Assembly (NCBI GenBank): GCA_040954595.2
Contig: CM082579.2
Coordinates: 13,207,834-13,271,833, forward strand
Direction of reading: 5' to 3'
DNA: 64,000 nt
Source: Balanoglossus misakiensis
Taxonomy: Eukaryota; Animalia; Hemichordata
The translations under genes were made by a program, and so were the position numbers. The notes below the pieces were generated by a model. The model was not told the DNA's origin, searched no databases, and worked only from the letters and a program-made list of their open reading frames with translations. Below are positions 13,663 to 25,750 of this stretch, piece after piece; position 1 is the first letter of the stretch; every line of letters starts with the position of its first letter.

Positions 13663-13914
13663 TTTCTCTGGTAAGCATGGCATTTAATGTTATTTTACAA
13701 GTACATGTACACTCCTTCTTGCAAAAACTGGTAGTGGTAGGGCGACAGTGTCTTCCCAACATCGAAATTCTGACTTTGGGAAGGTTACAGCGCCGAACAG
13801 TAAACTCACAGTCGCATGGAATTCATGCGTTGTTTTACACCGTGCGAGTAAATTGTACGTCGTTCGTGGCCTCGAGTCAGCTTTGTCATTGTGGGGCAGG
13901 TGTTACCGTAACAC

Positions 13915-14329
13915 CACAGGGGGCTCTCCCTCCGCAATTTTATTGTGTGTTTGTTTGTTGTTGTTGTTGATTGGCATTATAAACAAATACATATTTCTTT
14001 GTCAATAAATATGGTTTGTTGACATGTAAGGGTTAGGTTATTAGGGTATATTTGACAGGTTATGGTATATTCAACTGTTAGTATTAGTGTTGGCATTTTT
14101 GCGATCCACGGCCAGCATTACCCTCTCTTCGTGGCTTAGTGATGCCCGGGGCCGTGGATCGAAAAAAGTGCCAACACCAATGCTAACCGTTGAATATTCC
14201 CTAACACTTACATGTCAACAAACCATATTTATTAATAAAGAAATATGTATTTGTTTATAATGCCAATCATCAACAACAACAAAACAACAACAAACAAACA
14301 ATAAAATCGCGGAGGGAGAGCCCCCTGTG
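13915..14329. mobile_element. Foldback non-autonomous DNA transposon, P-element superfamily-like (Galileo-type)
   Basis: Almost entirely palindromic, with CACAGGGGGCTCTCCCTCCGC...GCGGAGGGAGAGCCCCCTGTG termini. A perfect 7-bp direct repeat GTAACAC lies at 13908-13914 and 14330-14336. Confidence 0.8.
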
Positions 14330-14532
14330 GTAACACACTACAGTATAACTTTTAAGGCAAAGCGATAGCGAATAAACTGACCAGAATTAGTTTTGTTGTT
14401 GGGGAGATTTTTGGCACCATCGAGACTGTTATAAGCTACCAGTGTCAGCTATGGCATAGCTGTTAACACGCAGCCCTGCCACGCAGAGCTACTATGACTG
14501 GTTACTAACTTCTATGTCTATTTGATTCACAG

Positions 14533-14607
14533 ATGCTGCCTGAAAATGTCTGCGTTTCAACTAGGGATTCTCTTCCTCGTCCGAGGCGAGTTTAAGACCG
14601 CTCAATG
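14533..14607 (+). other. Exon-like unit type 1, copy A (75 nt)
   Basis: TACTAAC branch point, TTTGATTCACAG acceptor and ATG|GTAATC donor. Confidence 0.5.
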
Positions 14608-15170
14608 GTAATCATGACTTGCTATATATTTGCTTTTATCACGCGTTGCAAACGGTACAATAGGAAGCAATGTATGTCTACGAACTAATTTACACATTCC
14701 AGCTTTCAATACTTGTTTTTTCCCCTTCGAATTCTGGCCTTGATTGCCTGTGATATGGTAGTGATGACATGAATTAAATGGACAACTCACAAGTTCAAAT
14801 CTTCACATGGAGCATAGAATACATTTGGATGCATTTCTTTAAACATATAGCTAAAATTACTCCCATACCAATACACAGGGAGATACTGTAGCTTTGGCTG
14901 AACATGCGCTAGTCCAACACCATGCTTAATCAAACTGGCTAAGAAGTCTATTATCATATTAGACTTATGAAGGACAGTAATGAGTAATGTTGTTTAAAGT
15001 GACAAAAACAATAATTTAGGTCAGAAAGAAAAATGTAAATCATGACACAAACAGGCTGGATATTTTTTCTGACCTATATTATACCATGTTTTGCATATTT
15101 AGTATTGCCCACATAATTCTAAAGCAAGGTTGATTGGTTACTTATTAATATGCATATATTTGATTCACAG

Positions 15171-15243
15171 TCTTAAACACAGCATTTCAACGTATGCCGG
15201 AGGAGGGAGAGAATACCTAGGCCTGATCCAAGACCGCTTTCCG
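15171..15243 (+). other. Exon-like unit type 2, copy A (73 nt)
   Basis: TTTGATTCACAG acceptor and CCG|GTAAGC donor. Confidence 0.5.
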
Positions 15244-16554
15244 GTAAGCACAACTTGCTGTATACATGCTCCATAGCTTGTTTGTAAAGGCTACCTTTTC
15301 CCATCAAACAGTGAAGTCGCCCTTTCAAAATTATGGTGGTGGCAAGCCACAACTGGTTATCATGAAGAGTTGGACACCACTAATAATCATTTTAATATTT
15401 TCCAATGGGTAACCTTTATGTAACACTATCCTCAACAATTTCAGTCAACAAGATTTATATTTCGCTGTATAGCAAGGCCGAACAAATATGACTGATTGAT
15501 AGGGATTTATCTGAAAATATGACAAAATCAACAAATACAGAATAATAAGTCACCAAACATGTATCATGTTTTATTCGAGGGAACATGAGCAGGGTCCCAT
15601 AAACCTGCCAACCCATGCTACCCATGACTTTACAAATGTTTCCGTCATACTATGCAGAAAATTCTGGCTGCTTTAAATAGGTTTTCACTTTGCGCTAGGG
15701 GGTCAAATCCCATTGCATTCTGGGCGAAAAGTTCACAACCAACTGTAGTAAGAGATAGAAGAAATGATATGTTTACTGTATTTCATGACTTCCTTTGGTC
15801 AAACATGTCTGTCTCTGTAGTTAGCATATTAAACCCATTAAACTGTTTTTCACATTTTGTTATTTTTTCTGTTAAAAAGTTCCAGAATGACCCATCATCA
15901 CTTTAGCATATGAACTCCCATTTCTTTAACATGGCAAAAATCGGCCATCTTGAAATTGTCGACCGTATGAGATTTTCATCACTCACTTAGGGTAGCTTAA
16001 AACATATTTCAGGGGAGAATTGTATAGGCATGACTTGGTCTGTAAATTTGATGAAATACCTACCTGCAAATTGTTCACAAGCAGCTGACTGTACTGAAAG
16101 ACTGGAAGTGTTGTGTACTTATTATACATATTCAATATTTGTAATTAGACCATGTCATGTATATCTTGGGGATTGCTCGATCCCAATATCTCTGCTGGTA
16201 CAATATCCTTTTAACTTGTACATTAATATGGTAGTGATTGTAAGTTTGTGTGCAGCATTTGTAAATTATTTTCAATTTATAAATTATTTCTAAGTTTCTT
16301 CATTCTCAAATTGCTTGCCCAACTGCATTAAAATTTAAATTTTGGTATGATTTTGAGTAGGCTTTCTGTTTCAAATTTATTTTCTACACTTTTTGAATTT
16401 TTTTGGTAAAATGATTTTCAATGGAAAATCTGATTTCCCTGTAATTCGGTTGACAGGATTTTCACCAGATCTCTAAATCATGAAGTACATGTATCAGAAT
16501 TGCATCGCCCCCTCCCCCCCAAAAAAAATTCTAGTCACCCTTGGCATGTAGTAT

Positions 16555-19500
16555 TAGTGGAGCGGCCAAACCCCAATTTTCATCGCGATTGTGCATTTTG
16601 TGATAAAAACACCAAACTTGGCTCAGATGTGTGTTACTGTGTACTAAGCAAATTCAGATAGCGAGCCACTTAATATCTGTTAACGGGTAGCCATGGCAAC
16701 CATTTTTCAAAATGGCCGCCACTACATTAATCTTTCACACAAAATAACGACTAAAGAACACCAAGGTACTTTCAGATTATGATATTTGAAACCAGAAAGT
16801 ATAGAAAGGGTATTTGTGGTCACCGAAATAGTTCTGAATATAGAATAAAGGATAAAACACAGTTTAACGTCTACAGTACAGCGGCATAACAAATCGATTG
16901 TGCATTTTGTGATACAAGCACCAAACTTGGCTATGTGCATTAATGTGTACTAAACAAATTCAGATAGTGAGCCACAATATCTGTTGATGAGTTTCCATGG
17001 CAACTATTTTTTCATTTTTTCAAAATGGCCGCCAATACAGATAATCTCACCCACAAAATAACAATTATAAAACTCCAAAATAAATTCATATTACAAAATT
17101 TGAAACAAGAAACTGCTCAAAGAGTAATTTCTAAAATTTTTATCATCACTAAACTAGTTAAAGGGGTAAATACAGGATCGAGATTCAGTCGCTAAAGAAA
17201 TTCAAGTTTGGTAATAACCACGATTACAACAAACTTAGTTAAAACACTGTATAACCATAGATATATTATAATAGTGACCTGGCATAAACAACATTTTCAT
17301 AAAATTTGGGCATTTTGTGATAAAAGTTTAACAGGTAAACCTCAGTTGATTCGTTATTTTCCCCATTAAAATATCTTTCATGAACAAAATTCCAAATTTA
17401 GTCAACCCAGGAAAAAACGGCATCTTGTTTCTCAACCTTATAAATTGATCTGACCAGTTTGAATCAGTGCAGAATCTAGCTTTTCTATTTTATCTTCATC
17501 AAATGATTCATGCAAATAAAGAATCACTTCCCCATAAAATGATGGCAGAAAGCCAGTATCATGACAGTCGATTGGTTTGTTAAAGTTACTATAGAAACTA
17601 ACTATGTCTAGGTTGTATGTACATAGATAGATGTTAGGAATCAAAATCAAAATCTGTTTCAAACTTTTCATCCAATACTTGTCCTTCGGAAAGCGTTTTG
17701 ATGAAGTCGCTTGAAGTGCTTTGTATTGCTCATGTTATCGATAATTTTAATCGCACCTTGATGATAGTCAGCAGTTCTATTTTGACATGTTATTTTGTGT
17801 TTTTTGAACCCCCAAAATCAAAGAATAAAATGATAAAGTGAAAATAAGCTTCAAAACACCAAAAGTCTTCAGGATCACAGCTTTTCTGTAAAGAGTAAGA
17901 TTTCGCTTACTTCATGCTATTAAATGAAATGAAGTTTTCCTAATATCTCTTGCAAAGTCGGATCTTTACACATTGAGATATTAGAATGAAAGTACATTCC
18001 AAGTGACTTGTTGGGAGCATTGGGCCACCTAATCCCAGAAAATTGCAATAATACCTGTTTTTCCATTTACCAATCTAAAGGCCAACTGCTTGTATCTTTA
18101 GTTGGGTTTTTATAATTAACACACATTTTTGACAATATTTATGGCATGATGAACACTACCGTAGTTTGCCGGGTAAGAGCCCCGGGTGCTGGGCCAACAG
18201 ATTAGCGAAAAAACAGGGGGGGGGGGGGCTTTAGCCCGGATATGGCCTCGAGATTTATGCAAATGAGGGATGGCCACCTCGACTTTTATGCAAATTTTTG
18301 AGTGGTTCATTCTCCGAGTCCAAGTCGGGATCTTCCAATGTTGGGTGTTTCGCGTCGAGGACGGACTGAAGCAGCTCCACGCGGCCGCTTTGGAAAGCTC
18401 CCCGGTGACCTCACACGCGGCAGCGCGTCCATCTACGTGATCGTTGAATTCGAGGCACGGTCCCGAGGGACCTGTCTGAGGTCATGTTTTCTAGAGCGGC
18501 TATATATAACTCAGCGTGGCCAGTCGGGCGCGGTGGGTACGATAATCAGCGCGAAAGTAAATCATCATACATTTTTTTTCACTTTTAGTGACTTTGGGGA
18601 TGAAAATCCGCCTTTTTTGCATTGCACTTTATTAAATTTCCAAGAATTTAATGGATATTCGGCCGGGGGGGGGGGGGGGGGGGCTTTAGACCGGATATGG
18701 CCTCGATCTACAAATGGGCCCTAAAACCAGGGGGGGGGGGGGCGTTTGTCCGAGCAGGGGTTCTTACCCGGCAAACTACGGTATTCTCGACAAATAAAAT
18801 AATGTTGTGTCCCCCAGTGTAATTTTTATGAGTTTGGAATCATAGACACCATTTATCTTTTGGTCAACTCTGTTAACAGTCGCCAAAATTGCTGGAGTCG
18901 AACTGATACATGATCTAAAGTATCAAGACATATGGTCGATTATTAACATTTCAGCAATTCGACTTAAGTTTCTTTAATTTCCTATGGCATTTTGACAAAC
19001 ATCAACGCCCCGAAAAAACGTTGTCAACGCTGCGGTCGCGATTGTGGTCGAAACAAAGCCAACATTTTCGCATGGTTTGTTACCCGGGGTCCATTTAGAT
19101 TGCATTGCGTTTGAGGCCCTATGTGTATGTCTGTCGACCAATAAACGCGACGACCGTGGACTCAGTTTGGATCAACGTCTATTTCGGGCAGTGGACTCTC
19201 AGTTGATAAGGAAATTTTACCAGTCACGAGTAAGCTAAGCCCACATCCGTGTGCAATTCGAATATATCGGTGATCTGTTAATATGATTATCATTGGCTAA
19301 GGTGGTAAACTGTTGTGATTCATATGACGTGTAATTTATGTACTGCAAGTTAAACATCGCAATTAGCGTAATGTTTGACGATAGACAGTATGGTTTCACT
19401 TCTAGAGGAGCACCTATTAATCCGAGAACAAAGGGATTAAAAGTTGCGCCTTTAAATTGTGTTTTGATAACTTACTTACCCCTATAAGTAGTTTAGTAAC

Positions 19501-19777
19501 CATAATATCTTTGCAAATCATTCTTTACACAGTTCCTTGTATCAAATATAGTAATCTAAATTTATTTTGGTGTTTACAGTTGTTATTTGGTGGGTGAAAT
19601 TATCTATATTGGTGGCCATTTTGAAAAATCGGTTGCCATGGAAACTCATCAACAGATATTTAGTGGCTCGCTATCTGAATTTGTTTACTTCACATTAACA
19701 CACATCTGAGCCAAGTTTGGTGCTTTTATCACAAAATGCACAATCGCTATGAAAATTAGGGTTTGGCCGCTCCACTA
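16555..19777. mobile_element. Non-autonomous DNA transposon with long TIRs, Academ-like
   Basis: Imperfect TIRs of about 170 bp, TAGTGGAGCGGCCAAACCC...GGGTTTGGCCGCTCCACTA. A 3-bp TSD TAT lies at 16552-54 and 19778-80. The paralogous unit B has the empty site GTCATATTAGCCATTG near 23891. TAG termini with a 3-bp TSD fit Academ. Confidence 0.8.
18159..18781. mobile_element. Tc1/mariner (pogo/Tigger-like) MITE nested in the Academ-like element
   Basis: TA|CCGTAGTTTGCCGGGTAAGAGCCCC...GGGGTTCTTACCCGGCAAACTACGG|TA. The internal G-tract-CTTTAGMCCGGATATGGCCTCGA motif is repeated twice. Confidence 0.88.
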
Positions 19778-19879
19778 TATTAGCCATTGATCTGGGAAAG
19801 TTACAAAAATGTGTTGTCCAAGCACGTTGAAGGTACAAGTGGTTTTTACACTAGCTATGAAGGCATTTTATTAAAATTA

Positions 19880-21440
19880 TTAGGTCCCGTTTGGTATATG
19901 TATTTATACCATGGGACCTTACAGGATCAGTTGCACCTGTATGTATGGATGTCTGTATGGATGTTTGTCTGTATGTCCATCAACATCAAACATTTGGAAA
20001 CTACTGGCGTGTGACCTTGATATTTAGTGTGGAGATGCAGGCAAGGCAGTAGGGGGGAGTTTGTCTAAATGAAGTTGTCATTGCCAAAATATGCAAGTAA
20101 GCTGGGAAAGTGTCAAATTTGTCAAAACTGAGGAACTCAAAAACTACTGGGTAAATTGCTTTAAAAATTGAAAATTGATATGCATGTACCTTATAGTAAC
20201 CTCACACAGCCCTTTATGTTGTCAGCTTATGTGAATTTCCAATGTTTATGCATTTTTTGTCTCCACATTATCGGTAAAAAATCTACTTTTCTGGAATTGA
20301 TCAGCTGACTTGTTTGAAATGTAGTATGAAGCTTCGCAGGTGATCTGAGTTACCATAGTTTTGATTAAAGTGTTGCAAAATATGTGTATTTTAATTGTGT
20401 AGCAATTTTTAGGTCCCATGGCATTTGGTTTGTGTATATATATATATACGATTGGGACCTTATGGAATGACTTGCATCTGTATGTATGGATGAACGGATG
20501 AAAACTGCTGTGCATATCACTTCCATATTTAGTGTGTAGATGAAGACGGGGCTGTAGATGGGATTTTGTTCAAATGAGGTTGCCATTGCCAAAAGTATTA
20601 CCTGTGAAAATGTGAAATTGGTCAAAAGTCAGAAACTCAGCAACCACTGGTCAGATTGATCTGAAAACTTGTATGTCAATAAACCCCATACAGTCCTGTA
20701 TGCTTTGAGCTAATATTATGAATTTTCTAATGTTTATTAATTTTTTGTCTTTTTCCAAATTATTGGTAAAAAAATCTTCACTTCTGAAAGCGATAGTCCG
20801 ACTCCTTCGAAATTTAGTATGAAGCTTCCTATAGGTGGTCCGAGTTACCATATTTTTTGTTCAGATTGTTGTAAAATAGGCATATTTATAATTTTGAGCA
20901 ATTATGCCAATTTTGGTCAGAATGCTTTGCAATTTGGTAGGCAGATTCCCAGGGGTAACCCAAGTGAGATGTCTTAAAAATCGTTAAAACTTCATCTTTG
21001 TCTTATTTGGAGATATTTTATGCAATCTTTGTCAAAAACTGTTTTCTCTGAAAACGTTCAAACCGTTGTCTGGTTGCTTTGAACTTTGGCAGGAATGTTC
21101 CTTGTAGTGATTGAAGTAAGATGGTGTACAATTATAGTGATTTTTGCATATTTGTGTTTTTGCCACTTTTGAACAAATGTGTTTTTCTTTGAAACTGCTT
21201 TTTTGATGGCTTTGAAATATGGTAGGAAAATTCCTAGGGGTAACCCAAATTTTTTTTCTGATTGCTTTAGAAGTTGGTTTACAATTTCATAACACATGTA
21301 CCTGTATGTGCGACTTTTATTAAAGTCTGGTTTTTAATATTTAGGTAGTTTTGTTGTAAATTCTTTGTTTTTGGATAGCAAATCTTCTCTTGTACCAATT
21401 GCCCAGTTTCTTTGAAAGTTACTGTTAACAAGGTGAGTTG
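19880..21440 (+). mobile_element. DINE-1/HINE-like (Helentron-associated) elements, two heads at about 19881 and 20411
   Basis: AGGTCCC...GGGACCT short inverted repeat in a T-rich context, then a GTAT/GGAT/GTCT microsatellite and diverged internal tandem repeats. Confidence 0.6.
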
Positions 21441-21520
21441 GTACACCCAACTTAGACTTTTACATCCAACTTAGAGCTACTATGACTGGTTACTAACTTC
21501 TAGGTCTATTTGATTCTCAG

Positions 21521-21595
21521 ATGCTGCCTGAGATTGCCTGCATTTCAACTCGGGATTCTCTTCCTCGTCTGGGGCGAGTTTAAGACCGCTCAATG
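21521..21595 (+). other. Exon-like unit type 1, copy B (75 nt)
   Basis: TACTAAC branch point, TTTGATTCTCAG acceptor and ATG|GTAAGC donor. Confidence 0.5.
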
Positions 21596-22774
21596 GTAAG
21601 CATGACTTGCTATATATTTGCTTTTATCGGGCGTTGCAACCGAAGCAATAGGAAGCAATTTGTATGTCTACGAACTAATTTACACATTCCAGTTATCAAT
21701 ACTTTTTTTCCCTTCGAATTCTGGCCTCGATTGCCTGTGATATGATCGTGATGACATGAATTAAATGGTCAAGTTCAAATCTTCATGTGATGCATAAATT
21801 AAATTTGGATGCATTTCCTTAACCATAGCTAGAAATTACTCCCATATCAATACACAGGGAGATACCGTAACTTTGGCTGAAAGTGTGCTAGTCCAACACC
21901 ATGCTTAATCAAACTGGCTAACAGATCTATTATTATGTATAGACACATGAAGGAAAGTAATGTTGTTTAGAGTGAAATAAAACAATACCTTAGGCCGCAA
22001 AGAAAAATATAAATCATGACACAAACAGGCTGGATTTTTTTTTCAAAAATGTGTGCGTAAGATCACATTGGCTGATGGTGACCAAAGCCAGAGAAGCGCA
22101 GTCCTGAATTCGGAAATCTGATCAGTACCAGAAACTTGCTCAAAGCTACTAAATGCACAAAAAGTTTTGAGAATCTTTATAAAGATAAAAAATCACCAAG
22201 CGACTATTGGGCTTGTCTGTGTTCAATTTGTCTTCCCTGGTAACAACATCTACTTCCGCCACCACGCCATGAGATATACTGACAGCCATGTTTGAAACAT
22301 TTTAGTATACTGATATTTAAAGTTTAAATTTTAAGGCTTACTTTTCTATACTAAAATAAATGTTTTATAATTGCCAACAATGTACATTCTTATGCTAATC
22401 AGTTGTATGAAAAGTGAGATGGATCAAATGCAAGTTTCATTTTCACAACAAACAAAGAAATCATTGTACAGTGTTACATAGATGTCAAAGTGCGTGTACA
22501 CCTTCTGTCATTTACAGAATCTGATATCATGTCAGTTTCAGTTGTCACCTAATTGCAATGTTTGGGGTATATACCCATGTGGACCACTTTACTGCAGTAC
22601 TGATGTAAATGGAGTTTTAAGATCGACGTATTCCACTGTTGTACATTATCGCAGCACAGTCTGACCGTACATTATACCATGTTTTGCATATTTTCACTAA
22701 TTAGTATGGCCCACATAATTCTAAAACAAAGTTGATTGGTTACTAATTAATATTTGCATATATTTGATTCACAG

Positions 22775-22847
22775 TCTTAAACACAGCATTTCAACGTATG
22801 CCGGAGGAGGAAGAGAATACCTAGGCCTTTTCCAAGACCGCTTTCCG
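22775..22847 (+). other. Exon-like unit type 2, copy B (73 nt)
   Basis: TACTAAT branch-like motif, TTTGATTCACAG acceptor and CCG|GTAAGC donor. Confidence 0.5.
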
Positions 22848-23994
22848 GTAAGCACAACTTGCTGTATACATGCTCCATAGCTTGTTTGTAAATGCTACCT
22901 TTTCCCATCAAACAGTGAAGTCGCCCTTTCAAAATTATGGTGGTGGCAAGCCACAATCGGTTATCATGGAGAGTCCCATAAACTTACCAGCCCACGCTAG
23001 CCATGACTTTACAAATGTTTCCCGTCATACAGTGCAGAACATTCTGGCTGCCTTAAATAGGTTTTCACTATGCGCTAGGGGGTCAAATCACATTGCATTC
23101 TGGGCGAAAAGTCCACAACCCACTGTAGTAAGAGATGGAAGAAATGATACATTTTTTGTATTTCATGCTTTGGTCAAACATGTCGTTCTCTGTAGTTAGC
23201 ATATTAAACTCATTAAACTTTTTTCACATTTTGTTATTTTTTCTGTTAAAAAGTTCAAGAATGACCCATTATCACTTTAGCTTATGAACTCCCATTTCTT
23301 TAACATGGCAAAAATCGGCCATCTTGAAATTGTCGACAATATGAGATTTTCATCACTCACTTAGGGTAGCTTAAAACGTATTTCAGGGGAGAATTGTATA
23401 GGCATGACTTGGTCTGTAAATTTGATGAAATACCTACCTGCAAATTGTTCACAAGCAGCTGACTGTACTGAAAGACTGGAAGTGTTGTGTACTTATTTTA
23501 CATATTCAATATTTGTAATTAGACCATGTCATGTATATCTTGGGGATTGCTCGATCGCAATGTCTCTGCTGGTACCATGGTAGTAATTGTAAGTTTGTGT
23601 GCGGCATTTGTAAATTATTTATAAATTATTTTGTAAATTTCCTCATTCTCAAATTACTTGTCCAACTGCATTAAACTTTAAATTTTGGTATGATTTTGAG
23701 TAGACTTTTTGTTTCAAAATTATTTTCGACACTTTTGACATTTTTGGGTGATATGATTTTACATGGAAAATCTGATTTCCCTGTAATTTGGTTGACAGGA
23801 TTTTCACCATATCTCTAAATCATGAAGTACATGTATCAGAATTTGCATCAGGCCCCCCCCCACCCCCCAAATTTTAGTCGCCTTTGGAAAGTCATATTAG
23901 CCATTGATCTGGGGAAGTTACAAAAATGTGTTGTCCAAGGGCGTTGAAGGTACAAGTGTTTTTACACTAGCTATGTAGGCATTTTATCAGAATT

Positions 23995-25750
23995 GTTAGG
24001 TCCCATTTGGTATTTGTATTTATACCATGGGACCTTATTGGATCAGTTGCACCTGATGTATGTATGGATGTTTGTATGTCCGTCAACATCAAACACTTGG
24101 AAACCTTGATATTTAGTGTGGAGATGCAGGCACAGGGGTAGATGGGAGTTTGTCTAAATGAAGTTGTCATTGCCAAAATATGCAAATTAACTGGGAAAGT
24201 GTCTAATTCGTCAACTCTGAAACTCGACAACTACTGGGCAAATTGCTTTCAAAATTGAAAATTGGTATGCATGTACCTTACGTTAACCTCACACAATTCT
24301 ATATGTTGTGGGCTAATAATGTGATTTTTTTTTATGCATTTTTTGTTTCTTTCCACATTAGCAGTAAAAAATCTACTTTTCTGGAATTGATCAGCTGACT
24401 TGTTTGATAATTAGTATGAAGCTTCATAGGTGATCTGTGTTACCAACCTTAGTTTTGTTTAAATTATTGCCAAAATTTGGGTATTTATAATTTTGGAGCA
24501 ATTTTTAGGTCCCATTTGGTTTATGTGCATGTATATGATTGGGACCCGAGGAATCAGTTGCATTTGTATGTATAGAGTGAATGGATGAAAACCGCTGCGC
24601 GTATCACTTCCATATTTAGTGTGTAGATGCAGTCGGGGCTGTAGATGGGATTTTGTTCAAATGAGGTTGTCATTGCCGAAAGTATTACCTGTGAAAATGT
24701 GAAATTTGGTCAAAAGTCAGAAACTCGACAACCACTGGTCAGATTGATCTGAAAATTGGTATGTCAATGAACCCATACAGTCCTGTATGTTTTGAGCTAA
24801 TATTATGAATTTTCTAATGTTTATTATTTTTTTTTTCTTTTTCCACATTATTGGCAAAAAAAATCTTCACTTCTGAAAGCGATAGTCTGAATCCTTCTAA
24901 ATTTAGTATGAGGTTATATTACATATGCTGGAGTATGATAAGCTGTAGAACATTCATTTGGTGGCCATATTGAATTTATTCAAAATATAAAGTGCAAACG
25001 TAAACTTTTTTTTTTTCAAAATTGTTCCAAATGTCATAGAGATAGTTTTGAATAAAAACACTAAAATAGCTTGTGTAATACCCAATATACAGCCCAAATA
25101 TGGGACTCTAGGAATACTGTTCAGCATATTGAATTTATGCAAATTATGAAATCTGCCCATGTCAAATATTACTTCAAGATGGTTCTTAATGTACATGAAA
25201 TATTTTTATACTTTAAAATCATAGAAAAGGTCGTGTTTATTTCTTGATATTTGGCCCCAAAATTTTCAATATTAAATGTATGCAAATTAGAAATATTTCT
25301 ACAAGGTGGATTCAGGTTCAATTAATCTAGACACCTCTCCAAAATATATTCTGAAGAAAAAAACTCTGTTGCAATTTATGGTGGGTTAGGTCCCCAAATC
25401 TCAAACTTTGGCAGAAATGTTCCTTGTAGTGATTAAAATAAGATGGTGTACAATTATAGTGATTTTTGCATATTTGTGTTTTTGCCACTTTTGAACAAAT
25501 GTGTTTTTCTTTGAAACTGTTCTTTTGATTGCATTGAAATTTGGTAGGAATATTCCTAGGGGTAATACTATTTTTTCTGATTGCTTTGGAAGTTAGTTTA
25601 CAATTTCATAACACATGTACCTGTATGTGCGACTTTTATTAAAGTCTGGTTTTTAATATTTAGGTAGTTTTGTTATAAATTCTTTGTTTTTGGATAGCAA
25701 ATCTTCTCTTGAACCAATTGCCCAGTTTCTTTGAAAGTTACTGTATGTTA
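23995..25750 (+). mobile_element. DINE-1/HINE-like elements, heads at about 23997 and 24507 (paralogous to 19880-21440)
   Basis: Same AGGTCCC...GGGACC plus microsatellite head and internal repeats. An unrelated segment replaces part of it at about 24914-25405. Confidence 0.6.

Noticed and set aside
13492-14008. Overlapping ORFs of 63-141 aa
   Set aside because: No recognisable domain, and the plus-strand ORFs run into the foldback element microsatellite.
13914-14330. Transib/ProtoRAG-like element (CACAG ends, 5-bp TAACA repeat)
   Set aside because: With CAC termini the duplication is 7 bp, not 5, and no RSS-like heptamer/nonamer is present.
14755-14905. C/D-box snoRNA in the intron after type-1 exons (RTGATGA present in A, B and C)
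   Set aside because: The nearest CTGA is about 140 nt away, there is no terminal stem, the spacing is not kept in copy C, and no rRNA antisense guide was recognised. snoscan would be needed to exclude it fully.
17438-17790. Academ transposase remnant
   Set aside because: Short minus-strand frames with an acidic end but no recognisable motif. It cannot be supported without a profile search.
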